Below are positions 1-9,791 of a DNA stretch of 64,000 nt, in pieces. The notes under the pieces are model-generated. The model saw nothing but the letters and a program-made list of their open reading frames with translations. It had not been told where the DNA came from and did not search any database. The position numbers and the translations under genes were made by a program. Every line of letters starts with the position of its first letter. Positions within the stretch are counted from its first letter, which is position 1. This DNA is from an uncultured Pseudomonadota bacterium (lineage in GTDB: Bacteria > Pseudomonadota > Gammaproteobacteria > Burkholderiales > JALYOK01): NCBI GenBank assembly GCA_963714525.1, contig CAVQPB010000021.1, forward strand, positions 16,149 to 80,148. The letters run 5' to 3'.

Positions 1-441
1 GGCTACATCGGCGGTAAGAAACTCAATCCCACCTATCGCGAAGTGTCCGATGGCAACACCGGCCATACGGAGGCGGTTGAAATTGTTTACGATCCGGCGA
101 AGATTTCCTATGAAAAATTGCTCGACGTGTTCTGGCGCAACATCGATCCCACGGTGAAAGATCAGCAGTTTTGCGACCAAGGATCGCAATATCGCACCGG
201 GATTTTTTATCACGACGAGCAGCAAAAAAAGACCGCTGAAATGGCAAAAGCCGAGTTGATGAAATCTAAACCGTTCAAGGGCGAGATGGTGACGGAAGTC
301 ACCGCGGCGAGCACGTTTTATCCCGCCGAGGATTATCATCAGGATTACTACCGCAAGAACCCGGTCAAGTACAAGTTCTATCGCTTCAATTGCGGCCGCG
401 ATTCCCGGCTCAAAGAGCTTTGGGGCGAGGCGCCGAAATAG
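1..441 (+). CDS. msrA: peptide-methionine (S)-S-oxide reductase MsrA, 5'-truncated by window edge
   Basis: The frame is open from nt 1 (GYIGGKKLNPTYREVSDGNTGHTEAVEIVYDP...FYPAEDYHQDYY), typical of MsrA. Stop TAG is at 439-441. Confidence 0.9.
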   Translation, partial: GYIGGKKLNPTYREVSDGNTGHTEAVEIVYDPAKISYEKLLDVFWRNIDPTVKDQQFCDQGSQYRTGIFYHDEQQKKTAEMAKAELMKSKPFKGEMVTEVTAASTFYPAEDYHQDYYRKNPVKYKFYRFNCGRDSRLKELWGEAPK

Positions 442-444
442 CGA

Positions 445-1530
445 ATGACAAAAAGAATTGTATGGTTCCTGGCATTTGCGAGTATCGCAGCCCTCATGGT
501 CATGGGCGCTTGCGCGAGCAAGAATCCCCATTACCGGGCAAATCGCAGCCACCATACGCTGGAAGGTTTCCGCAATCTTTACGCGGAAAAACATCCCGGT
601 GGCTTCTGGAAATGGAAGCGCGATCAATGGCGTAAAGGACTACCGGAGAAGCCCGAAGGCGGATACCGGTTCCCGTTGGTGCGCCCCGACTTAGCTTACT
701 TAAACAACAATCGAACCGATATGACGCTGACGTGGATCGGTCACGCCACGCTACTGCTGCAGATGAAAGGCGTGAACATTCTCACCGATCCGCATTTTTC
801 CGAGCGCGCATCGCCGGTGGATTTCGCCGGCCCGAAGCGCGTGGTGGCGGCGCCCCTCACCATAGATGAATTACCGCCGATCGATGTCGTGGCCATTTCT
901 CATAACCATTACGATCACCTCGACGCCGCGAGTGTGATCAAACTCAACCAGCGCGGCAAGGGCAAAACCTTGTTCCTGGTTCCGCTGGGACTCAAAGCAT
1001 GGTTCAACGTGCGCAAAATCGAAAACGTGGCCGAAATGGATTGGTGGCAAGAGCGCGACGTGCTCGGATTGAATATCGCGTTCACGCCGATGCAGCACTG
1101 GAGCAAACGCACGTTGACCGACACCAATCAAGCGTTATGGGGCGGCTGGTTGTTTGCGAACGGCGGCTATAAATTCCTGTTTCTCGCGGACACCGGCTAT
1201 TCGAAAGATTTTCAAGACATCTTTGAACGCTACGGCGCCGTCGATCTCGCCGCGATCCCCATCGGCCATTACGAACCCCGCTGGTTCATGAAAATCCAGC
1301 ACGTGAATCCGGAGGAATCGGTACACATCATGCAAGATCTGCGCGCGCGTCAGGCGGTCGGCGTGCATTGGGGCACCTTCGACGATTTGACCGATGAATC
1401 ACTATACGATCCACCGAAAAAGTTAGCGGCGGCTCTCGATGCCGCCAACGTGCCGAAGGATCAATTCTGGGTAATGCAACACGGTGAGACGCGAAAGCTG
1501 AACGCCGATCGAACGGCTATCAAAAATTGA
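445..1530 (+). CDS. MBL-fold metallo-hydrolase (NAPE-PLD-like), probable exported/lipoprotein
   Basis: 361-aa ORF with an HNHYDHLD (HxHxDH) metal motif. The hydrophobic N-terminus ends in MGAC. The ORF starts 3 nt after the msrA stop. Confidence 0.75.
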   Translation: MTKRIVWFLAFASIAALMVMGACASKNPHYRANRSHHTLEGFRNLYAEKHPGGFWKWKRDQWRKGLPEKPEGGYRFPLVRPDLAYLNNNRTDMTLTWIGHATLLLQMKGVNILTDPHFSERASPVDFAGPKRVVAAPLTIDELPPIDVVAISHNHYDHLDAASVIKLNQRGKGKTLFLVPLGLKAWFNVRKIENVAEMDWWQERDVLGLNIAFTPMQHWSKRTLTDTNQALWGGWLFANGGYKFLFLADTGYSKDFQDIFERYGAVDLAAIPIGHYEPRWFMKIQHVNPEESVHIMQDLRARQAVGVHWGTFDDLTDESLYDPPKKLAAALDAANVPKDQFWVMQHGETRKLNADRTAIKN

Positions 1531-1542
1531 CTTGTTGCGCTA

Positions 1543-1644
1543 ATTCCATTTCCAAATCAAAAAGGACGCGAAGGCGAGCCGCAGACAGTGCTGTAGCACG
1601 GCAAGGCGAAGCCGACAAAGTAATTTTTGATTTGGAAGTGGAAT
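1543..1644. repeat. Repeat family A copy 1: 102-bp palindromic (REP/MITE-like) element, 21-bp terminal inverted arms around a 60-nt core
   Basis: Arms are ATTCCATTTCCAAATCAAAAA and TTTTTGATTTGGAAGTGGAAT. The core is near-identical (1 mismatch in about 80 nt) to 18380-18481. It lies between convergent gene ends. Confidence 0.8.
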
Positions 1645-1709
1645 AAATAGTTTGCCGATCGGCCTGGGAGCAAATGCTGGTGCGGCTCTCAGGCCAATGT
1701 CGTAACTAT

Positions 1710-2702
1710 TTAGCCGCGTACGTGCGGGTAAGGCGTAGCGGCGGCGAAGATCATGTCGATCGCTTTTTGGTTGGCGCGCGAGCTTTCGAGCGAAAATTTG
1801 AGCGGCTCGTCGCCACGCATTGCCGCGTGAAAATTCTCGATCATGAGTTGATAGTGATTGGCTTGCGGAAAAATGATTTCTTCGACGGTGCTGCTGCCGG
1901 TCATGCGTGAAGTGACGCTTGCGATGTCGTAAACGCCGGCGTTGAACGGCGCGTCCAATCGCAACCAACCTTTGTCACCGTGGAATGCGACGTGCTGGCG
2001 GTGCGCGGCTTGGGTGCTGCAATAAAACGACAGTTGGAAATCGCCGAAATCGACTAAGCACGTGGCAAACCGGTCGACGCCGAAACGCTCGTCCCATTCG
2101 ATGGCCGCCTGCGCCGACAGCGGTTCGCGGCCGGTGGCGAAACGCGTGGTGACCATCGGATAAACGCCGATGTCGCGCAACGCGCCGCCGCCCAATTCCG
2201 GTCGATTGCGGATGTTGTCGGGATCGATGTTGAAAAACGCAAAGCTGCTCTCGACCATGCGCAAGGCGCCAAGATGGCCGCCGGTCAACAGATTTTTCAC
2301 GTGCTGCCACTGCGGATGATGTACGACCATGAAACCTTCACCGACCACCAGCCCGCTGCGATCCCGCGCAGCGATCAATTGATCGATGTCGTCCGCACGC
2401 AACGCGATCGGCTTATCGCACAACACATGTTTGCCGGCGGCGATCGCCTTGTGGGTCCACTCGACGTGCATGGAGTTGGGCAGCGGAATGTAAACCGCGT
2501 CGATATCCGGCGCGGAAAGCATCGCGTCGTAACTCGGGAATAGATGGGGAATGTTGAAGCGCTGGCACATCGCCGCGCCCTTGGCGGCGTCGCGGCTGGC
2601 GACGGCGGCAACGATGCCGTCAGCCGATAGTTGAATCGCGGGTATGAGATGTTCGCGCGCGATTTTCGCTGCCCCCAATATTCCCCAGCGTAGTTTGTTC
2701 AC
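1710..2702 (-). CDS. Gfo/Idh/MocA family NAD(P)-dependent oxidoreductase
   Basis: 330-aa ORF with N-terminal Rossmann motif WGILGAAKIAREHLIPA and the family-typical EWTHKAIAAGKHVLCDKP. GTG start with GGAG upstream. Confidence 0.8.
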   Translation of the reverse strand: MNKLRWGILGAAKIAREHLIPAIQLSADGIVAAVASRDAAKGAAMCQRFNIPHLFPSYDAMLSAPDIDAVYIPLPNSMHVEWTHKAIAAGKHVLCDKPIALRADDIDQLIAARDRSGLVVGEGFMVVHHPQWQHVKNLLTGGHLGALRMVESSFAFFNIDPDNIRNRPELGGGALRDIGVYPMVTTRFATGREPLSAQAAIEWDERFGVDRFATCLVDFGDFQLSFYCSTQAAHRQHVAFHGDKGWLRLDAPFNAGVYDIASVTSRMTGSSTVEEIIFPQANHYQLMIENFHAAMRGDEPLKFSLESSRANQKAIDMIFAAATPYPHVRG

Positions 2703-2739
2703 GGTGAATTAACTCCCGTTTCACAAGTTCAAATCGGTT

Positions 2740-3228
2740 TTACAGCCAGTCAGACCCAAGCAAAGTCAACTCATAGGCAATGAGCACACAGTAACCGATG
2801 AACGTCAGCAGCAGTACATGGAATGCCCGAAGGCTGCGGAAAAATGCGAAACGTTGATGCATGACCAGCACGACGATGGCCGTGATGGTCAGGGCCATTT
2901 TGATGCCCACGAAAAGATAAAGCCCATTATTGAGCAGATAGGCCATAAACGGGTTGAGTTCCGATCCGCCGAGGGAAATCAGTTGTAGTGTGAAGAACGC
3001 ATCGGCAACACACAATAGAACGATGCCGACCGCCAAAAAGAACAGCGGAACGCTATACCAATCGGTGTAATAAGCGATCGCCTCGTCATCCCGTCGCTGG
3101 TCGCGGCGGCGGGTAGAAAACAAAGCGAAGAACATGCTTTTGGCCCCGGTTCTACGCCGTTCTGAGCGATTGCGACGCTCAGGAGCGCTGGGTTGTTGTC
3201 CGTCTCCCTCCTGAATGTCTGCCTTCAA
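2740..3228 (-). CDS. small membrane protein (DUF5658-like, ELNP motif)
   Basis: ORF with 3-4 hydrophobic helices and ADAFFTLQLISLGGSELNPFM, resembling DUF5658. The start is uncertain; an internal Met at 3135 is possible. Confidence 0.5.
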   Translation of the reverse strand: MKADIQEGDGQQPSAPERRNRSERRRTGAKSMFFALFSTRRRDQRRDDEAIAYYTDWYSVPLFFLAVGIVLLCVADAFFTLQLISLGGSELNPFMAYLLNNGLYLFVGIKMALTITAIVVLVMHQRFAFFRSLRAFHVLLLTFIGYCVLIAYELTLLGSDWL

Positions 3229-3247
3229 AACAAACTACTCCCGAATG

Positions 3248-3724
3248 TTATTTGCCGATTAGTTTTTCGAGTTCTGCGCGCGTTAGCGGACCGATCCTGT
3301 GCAGCACTTTGTTTCCTTTAGGATCGTACAGAAGTGTCGTGGGTAAGACATTGATTTTGCCGAACTGCGACGTGACGTCTTCATCGCCTAAGATAAGAGG
3401 ATAGCTCATCTTTTGCCTTTCGGCGAATTCGAAAACCAGCTTCGGATTGTCAAAATCCACGGCGATACCGAGCACCATCAAGTCCTTGTTTTTGCGTGAT
3501 TGATAGAGTTCGGAGAATTCGGGAATTTCCTCCAGACAGGGTGGACACCAAGTTGCCCAGAAGTTGACCAGCACCCATTTGCCCTGGTATTTGCCGAGGC
3601 TATGGGCTTTACCGCCGGTGTCGGAAATATTAAAGTCGGCCGCGTTGGTCAATACTGCCGACATTGTCAGCGTGAGCACAACGAGGATAAATCTGCCTTG
3701 CAATAACCAGTTGCTAAGTCTCAT
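3248..3724 (-). CDS. TlpA-family periplasmic thiol:disulfide oxidoreductase
   Basis: WCPPC active site in a thioredoxin fold (VLVNFWATWCPPCLEEIPE). A signal peptide follows Met at 3724. The maximal ORF extends to 3787. Confidence 0.8.
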   Translation of the reverse strand: MRLSNWLLQGRFILVVLTLTMSAVLTNAADFNISDTGGKAHSLGKYQGKWVLVNFWATWCPPCLEEIPEFSELYQSRKNKDLMVLGIAVDFDNPKLVFEFAERQKMSYPLILGDEDVTSQFGKINVLPTTLLYDPKGNKVLHRIGPLTRAELEKLIGK

Positions 3725-3881
3725 TTGCACGAAATCGTTCTTTCTCGGTGACATTTCAGTAACCATATGACTGCGTAGATGGAACAAGTTCAGGAGTTTG
3801 CCATCGATTTCTCAATCGAAGTTTCAATAAACCATGACTTTGCTTTAGAATTCTAACAATTAAGCCGCATTAAGGGAGAGC

Positions 3882-5492
3882 ATGTCATTTAAGTTTTCCG
3901 TACCCACTGCGGATCCGAGCGATACCGGCGGCCATATCATGCGTGCGAAGCAGGCAAAGACGTGGCTCGATACCCTAGTCGATCAACCGTTAGTCGAATC
4001 TGCGCGCGGGATCTATACAGCGCTCTACGGCGCCAATCGCGCCCGGCTGGATGACGATGAGCGGTTTAAGTTGTTGGAAGCCTATGGCGAAAAACTTTAC
4101 CCGGTACTCCTCTCGCTGGGCCGCGACTACAGCGAGGTTCGGCTGCCGCTGACGGAAACGGCCCGGGAGGCCGCCAACTTAAGCCGCGATCTCTTGATCG
4201 AGCACGCCTACGGCTACAAAATCATCCTGCTGGAAAAAGCGAATAAGCTGTTGTTGTTCAGCGCCAAACGGCAATTGCCCACGTTGCTTCACCGCGCCAT
4301 GCGCGCGCTGTCGGATTTACTGACCCTTTCCTATAAGACCTATACGCCGACCCCGGCCGGGGTTTGGCACGAGATCCACCAAATTTTCCACTACGCCCAG
4401 TTTCACGCCTTGCAGGATCTCCCGGTCGACGCCGGTCGCGATAACAGCGCGGCTTCGCCCATCAGCGTGGTCTATAAGCAGGCGTTGTTGCTCGCCTTGG
4501 CCGATCCCTACCGCTTAATGCCGGGCGAGGTCGACAAAGTTGCGAGCATTATCGGCCATTTCAGCGGTGGCGCGATCATCATGCCGTACTCATCGGAGCT
4601 AACCGGCGCGGGTTTATTTCTAGTGCAAAGCGATAGCGATCGCGCGCCCAAAGCGTTATCGGCATCCGGCAACGTTACGCCCGCGCCGATCGATAAAGTC
4701 ATCAGCACCGCGAATTTGGCGTTCACCTTGAGCGAACTCATCGCGCAACTCGACGGCGGAATGGCGCTGAAAACGCTGGCGCTTCCGTTTGTCGGTACGT
4801 CCGCCCAGGCCAGCGATCTGCTGCGGCGCCTGTCTCGGGCTTGGAGCTTACCGCCGAAACGCGCGTTCAATCGCCAGCCGGCGGCGGCGATGGCGGAAAT
4901 CTGCGCGGGTATTGCTGCGCTCAACTACTACCTCGGTATGGAAAACGATCCCACACCTAATCCGGAGAAAGCGCGGATCCAATCGGCGACGACGCTGTCT
5001 TTCAAGGCGGTGGCCGATGGCAAGGGTGCGCAAACTCGAGTGGAGTATCAGACCAACCATTGCGAAATATTGAATCAAAGCGCCAGCGGGCTGGCGTTGC
5101 GCAAATCGCCCGAAGCGAGGCCATTGGTGGCGGTCGGCGAAATCATCGGTGTCAAACTGCCGGATAAGGATTCCTGGAATGTCGGCGCGGCGCGGTGGGT
5201 GCAATCTAACGACGCGCAGGAAATCGAATTGGGTATACAGTTGATTTCTCCGACCGGTATTCCGTTAATGATCGAGCCCGCCACAGGACCATTGGTGCGC
5301 AAGCAGGAGGCGCTGCTATTGCCGGGGATGGAAACATTGCGCCAATTGCCGACCATCCTCGCTCCGCGCGATATGTTCAAAGAAGGCATGGAATATAAAC
5401 TCGAGCGTCAGGATCGCATCGACCGCATCAAAGCAACGCGTTTGGTGGAACAGACCACCCACTTCGATTTGTTTCAGTTTATCGCCGCTTAA
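3882..5492 (+). CDS. hypothetical 536-aa protein with PilZ-like C-terminal domain
   Basis: AAGGGAGAG lies upstream of the ATG. The C-terminus HCEILNQSASGLAL...VGEIIGVKL...GAARWV...ELGIQLI fits the PilZ beta-barrel pattern (N-x-S-x-x-G), but no clear RxxxR is present. Confidence 0.6.
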   Translation: MSFKFSVPTADPSDTGGHIMRAKQAKTWLDTLVDQPLVESARGIYTALYGANRARLDDDERFKLLEAYGEKLYPVLLSLGRDYSEVRLPLTETAREAANLSRDLLIEHAYGYKIILLEKANKLLLFSAKRQLPTLLHRAMRALSDLLTLSYKTYTPTPAGVWHEIHQIFHYAQFHALQDLPVDAGRDNSAASPISVVYKQALLLALADPYRLMPGEVDKVASIIGHFSGGAIIMPYSSELTGAGLFLVQSDSDRAPKALSASGNVTPAPIDKVISTANLAFTLSELIAQLDGGMALKTLALPFVGTSAQASDLLRRLSRAWSLPPKRAFNRQPAAAMAEICAGIAALNYYLGMENDPTPNPEKARIQSATTLSFKAVADGKGAQTRVEYQTNHCEILNQSASGLALRKSPEARPLVAVGEIIGVKLPDKDSWNVGAARWVQSNDAQEIELGIQLISPTGIPLMIEPATGPLVRKQEALLLPGMETLRQLPTILAPRDMFKEGMEYKLERQDRIDRIKATRLVEQTTHFDLFQFIAA

Positions 5493-6092
<600 letters not shown>

Positions 6093-6223
6093 GCGCTTCC
6101 TAGTCCAAGCGCTTAACATTGCGATACCCGTCGCAAAATCCGTGCTACCAAAATTCGCGTAGCGGGTGCAAGATTACGAGTTGATGCATTTCGGTAAATT
6201 GCCTTTCTGGGGCGAGTTGAATT

Positions 6224-7216
6224 TTACTTCGGCGCTTCGACTTCTGCCGTCAATGCCTTAGCCGCCGCCGGATCGAGTGCGGTCAGTTTTTCCAATGCCT
6301 CCGCAAACGCCTTCGTGTCGCGGGTATCGCGATAAGCTTGCGCGAGGTAAAACCAACCTTGGCTGTTGCGTGGATCAAGTTCCGCAGCTTTACGTAGTGC
6401 CGGGATGGCGTCGGGATGGCGCTTCAAGTGATAGAGCGATTTCCCCAGCGCGATCCAAGATTCCGGATTAGTCGTTTCTTCCTTGGTCCAGCGCTCCGCT
6501 TGCGCCTTAAGCCCGGTCCAATCCTCTAACGCCTCGCGGGTATCGGCCTGCAAAAAATTCGGCTGGCTGCCGGGTTCGCGTTCCCAGAAAGCAACGGTTT
6601 GATTCGAACCCACGACATCCGTCCCTTCGCTATCGAGTAGTTTTTTGACCCAGGTGGTTGGCAGTGCGAAAAAATGCCGGCCGCGGAAGGCGATAATGCC
6701 GACTAGTTTGCCGTCTTTATCGAACAAACCACCGCCGCTTTCTCCTTCGGTAAAAGTGGCAGAACTTTGTATGACTTGACCGCCGTCGAGGTTGTGCAGC
6801 GCTCTAATCTGACCTTCGGTAATCTCCAATCGACCACCGCTGGGATAACCCGCCGCGGCGACCGTTTGACCGATTTTGACTTCCGCCGTATCGGCAAACT
6901 CCGCTACCTTACCGATCTCGCTGTGGAGTATGAGTAAACAGAGGTCGTGATCAATATCCTTGATTTGTTCTTTGACTTTCCACTTCGAACTCCAGGCGAT
7001 CACATTAATCGCCACCGCATCTCGCGTGACGTGGCAGTTCGACACCACTTTATTCGGCGCGACTACGACTGCCGACCCCGATGCGACGCCAGCTTTAACG
7101 TAAGCCTGAACCCGCACCACACTAGGTAAGATCTTTTGTAACAGTTTGCGGTCGAGTTCCGCCTGCGCGGGCAAACAGACGAGGGCGCTGAGGACCAATA
7201 GCCATTTAATGCTCAT
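6224..7216 (-). CDS. secreted trypsin-like serine protease fused to TPR-like C-terminal domain (paralogue 1)
   Basis: Signal peptide present. Triad contexts are NCHV (His), HDLCLL (Asp) and GESGGGLF (Ser). The C-terminal region runs NPESW...TPR-like helices. 330 aa, the same length as its neighbour. Confidence 0.75.
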   Translation of the reverse strand: MSIKWLLVLSALVCLPAQAELDRKLLQKILPSVVRVQAYVKAGVASGSAVVVAPNKVVSNCHVTRDAVAINVIAWSSKWKVKEQIKDIDHDLCLLILHSEIGKVAEFADTAEVKIGQTVAAAGYPSGGRLEITEGQIRALHNLDGGQVIQSSATFTEGESGGGLFDKDGKLVGIIAFRGRHFFALPTTWVKKLLDSEGTDVVGSNQTVAFWEREPGSQPNFLQADTREALEDWTGLKAQAERWTKEETTNPESWIALGKSLYHLKRHPDAIPALRKAAELDPRNSQGWFYLAQAYRDTRDTKAFAEALEKLTALDPAAAKALTAEVEAPK

Positions 7217-7236
7217 AAAGCCGCTCCAATATTGCG

Positions 7237-7376
7237 GAAGCTCTGATTTATTCCGATTTCGTCGCGGCTCGTTGTTTGGCTCACAAAAAATATCGCCTCA
7301 CGTATAACGATATGCTGCGACGATATTTTTTGTTCGCGCCTTGTCTCGCTTAGAACTCGAAACAAATCAGAACTTC
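7237..7376. repeat. nested inverted repeats in the gap between the two protease paralogues
   Basis: The outer 13-mers GAAGCTCTGATTT (7237-7249) and AAATCAGAACTTC (7364-7376) match 12/13. The inner 13-mers ACAAAAAATATCG (7283-7295) and CGATATTTTTTGT (7321-7333) match 13/13. Confidence 0.5.
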
Positions 7377-7436
7377 CTTGTTTTTAAGGGGCCGGGAACG
7401 GCCAGAAAGAACCTACTACTACGGCTTTAGTCCCGG

Positions 7437-8429
7437 TTAAGGGAGAACTGGTTCCGCAAACGCGAGAAAATCTTCGGTGGATGGGCAGGGATTTTCAAGC
7501 GTGCCGCAGGCTTGGGTGGGTTCCAACGTGTTGAGCCAGTCCCGTCCGAGGCTGTGCTGGCTATCGATCGCGAGTACTTGGCGAAACGCCGATACCGCTT
7601 GGTCTTTCTTATTCAGCGCCACGCAGGCCTTGCCGACCGCCATCCACGATTCTGGGTTGTTGATAGACTGATCACTCCAGCGTTGCGCAACGTTGAGCAG
7701 CGCGGTCCAGTTTCGCGTTTCCTCCAACGCGGCGGCTTGCAGGAAATAAGGTTGTTGCGTCTGGTTACGTTGATAGAAAGCAAGATCGCTTATCGCGGAC
7801 GGATTTGAATCGTCGATGCGGGCGAGCAATGCATCCACCCAAGCGACCGGCATCACGAAATGAAAATCACCTCCTGAGGGGGCGCGAAACGTGAGGATGC
7901 CTAACAATTTTCCATCGTTGTCGAACAAGCCACCGCCGCTTGCGCCGGGCACGAAATTGGCGTTCGTTTGAATGACTTTGGCTGCGTTGTAATCGTGCAG
8001 CGCGCGAACTTTCCCGCAATTCACAGCGAAGTCACGACCGCCCGGATAACCCGCCGCGTGGACTTCTTGCCCCACCTGGACCGGTGCGGTTGTCGTGGTA
8101 AGCGCTGGGGTAAACGGCAAATCTGCCGCCGTGAGAATACATAGATCGTGCTCTTTGTCGGCCGCGACCAGACGCGCGGTCCATTGCTCGCCGCCACGCA
8201 TCAACTGAATATTTTTAGCCCAGGTAAGTACATGGCAATTGGTAACCAGCTTACCCGGCGCCACCAGCACCGCGGACCCGGCTTGCACGGCGCCGGAAGA
8301 GCGCTCTGCAATTACTTTGAAAACGTGAGCTTGGAGGGTTGCGAGGGTTTCGGGAGACGGATCTGCGTGGCTGGCGATTCCACAAGTACTCAAAAAACAA
8401 GCAAAGATGACACGCAGGGGAGAACGCAT
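7437..8429 (-). CDS. secreted trypsin-like serine protease fused to TPR-like C-terminal domain (paralogue 2)
   Basis: Signal peptide present. Motifs NCHV, HDLCIL, GASGGGLF and NPESW match the architecture of 6224-7216. Confidence 0.75.
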   Translation of the reverse strand: MRSPLRVIFACFLSTCGIASHADPSPETLATLQAHVFKVIAERSSGAVQAGSAVLVAPGKLVTNCHVLTWAKNIQLMRGGEQWTARLVAADKEHDLCILTAADLPFTPALTTTTAPVQVGQEVHAAGYPGGRDFAVNCGKVRALHDYNAAKVIQTNANFVPGASGGGLFDNDGKLLGILTFRAPSGGDFHFVMPVAWVDALLARIDDSNPSAISDLAFYQRNQTQQPYFLQAAALEETRNWTALLNVAQRWSDQSINNPESWMAVGKACVALNKKDQAVSAFRQVLAIDSQHSLGRDWLNTLEPTQACGTLENPCPSTEDFLAFAEPVLP

Positions 8430-8882
8430 TTCCTTGCTCCTAACGATTGTTTATTGCTTTTGCGCGGAGGGCCATAAGTTGAAGATTGGCCCAACTCATG
8501 GCGAATGTCAACAATAGGAAAGGGCCTAAAGCGATATGGCAGCCATGCCAGAAGCCGCATCCAGATTGCTTCTCAGGCCGGCATGGCCGGAGTGTCGCAC
8601 CGGTATTGGACTGTGGCGTGGTGTTTTTTTTCTGCCAGCGGCTCCGTCGGCCGACCCGCCATCGCGTGTTTACGCGGGTTTTCCCGCCGGATTTGACGAA
8701 ATTTCCACATCCGTTTGGGAAATATCAGCGCCCATGGAGAAAGTGCTCCAATGATTTGTTGGGTGCGTTAATATAGAAGTTCATGAATGGCTGACGAGTG
8801 GGAACTTGAATTTTTACCTGTCGCCTTGATCTAATGAAGTATTGACGTAAATGTCGCAGCGATGGGTTTTAAGGAGAAGAGC

Positions 8883-9755
8883 GTGTCTAAAGTATTAGCG
8901 GTACTGACGGTTTTGATGTTCACGGCGACGCTGTTGACGCCTATGGATTCCGAAGCGGGACGACGGTTCGGGGGCGGACGCTCGACCGGTATGCAACGCT
9001 CATTACCGCCGCCAGCGCAAAAACAATCGCCCGTGATGCAACCCGACAAACCGGTTCAACAAGCCGGCGCCCCTGCGAGCAGCGGCATGTCACGCTGGCT
9101 TGGGCCATTGGCCGGCTTCGGTTTGGGCGCGTTGCTGATGTCGATGTTCGGCGGCAGTGCGATGGCGGGCTTCCTCGGCAATTTGTTAATGGTCGTCCTC
9201 GCTTTTTTCGTCATCCGTGCTCTGATATCGGCATGGCAGCGACGAAATCAGCCGGACACCCGCGGCATGCAATACGCGCGTACACCGGGTGCGGCGAGTG
9301 ATCGTCGACCCGCGCCCACCGAAGACCTCGGCACGTTTCAATCGGCCGGCGGACAAGTCATAATGCCGCAGCGCTATCCAGCGGACTTCAATGTCGAAGG
9401 TTTCTTGCGCCAAGCCAAAGTATCGTTTCATCGCCTGCAAGCGGCGAACGACGCCGGCGATCTTAATGACATCCGTGACTACACCAGTCCCGAACTGTAT
9501 GCCGAAATCGCCACTCAAATTCAAGAACGCGGCGGCGCCAAACAGCGCGTTGAAGTGATGAAACTGGACGCCGATCTGCTGGAAGTGATCACAGAAGGCG
9601 ATCGAGAAATCGCCAGCGTGCGTTTCAGCGGATTGATTCGCGAAGAGGAAAACGCAGGCGCCGAGCCGTTTGAAGAGGTGTGGCACGTGGTCAAGGACGC
9701 CAAGGATCCGAAAGGCGCTTGGACTATTGCGGGGATTCAGGTCAACGAGGCGTAA
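8883..9755 (+). CDS. Tim44-like domain-containing membrane protein
   Basis: GTG at 8883 lies 6 nt after AAGGAG. A signal peptide, a Gly-rich TM segment and a C-terminal region (FLRQAKVSFHRLQAANDAGDLNDIRDYTSPELY...) resemble bacterial Tim44-like proteins. The maximal ORF starts at 8862. Confidence 0.7.
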   Translation: MSKVLAVLTVLMFTATLLTPMDSEAGRRFGGGRSTGMQRSLPPPAQKQSPVMQPDKPVQQAGAPASSGMSRWLGPLAGFGLGALLMSMFGGSAMAGFLGNLLMVVLAFFVIRALISAWQRRNQPDTRGMQYARTPGAASDRRPAPTEDLGTFQSAGGQVIMPQRYPADFNVEGFLRQAKVSFHRLQAANDAGDLNDIRDYTSPELYAEIATQIQERGGAKQRVEVMKLDADLLEVITEGDREIASVRFSGLIREEENAGAEPFEEVWHVVKDAKDPKGAWTIAGIQVNEA

Positions 9756-9791
9756 TCTTTGCGGACATGGTCGGGCAGGATTGATAGTCTT

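Noticed and set aside
8486-8776. ORFs of 63-96 aa in the 8.4-8.9 kb intergenic region
   Set aside because: They are overlapping alternative frames with no SD, and their Cys/Arg/Pro-rich translations resemble no protein.
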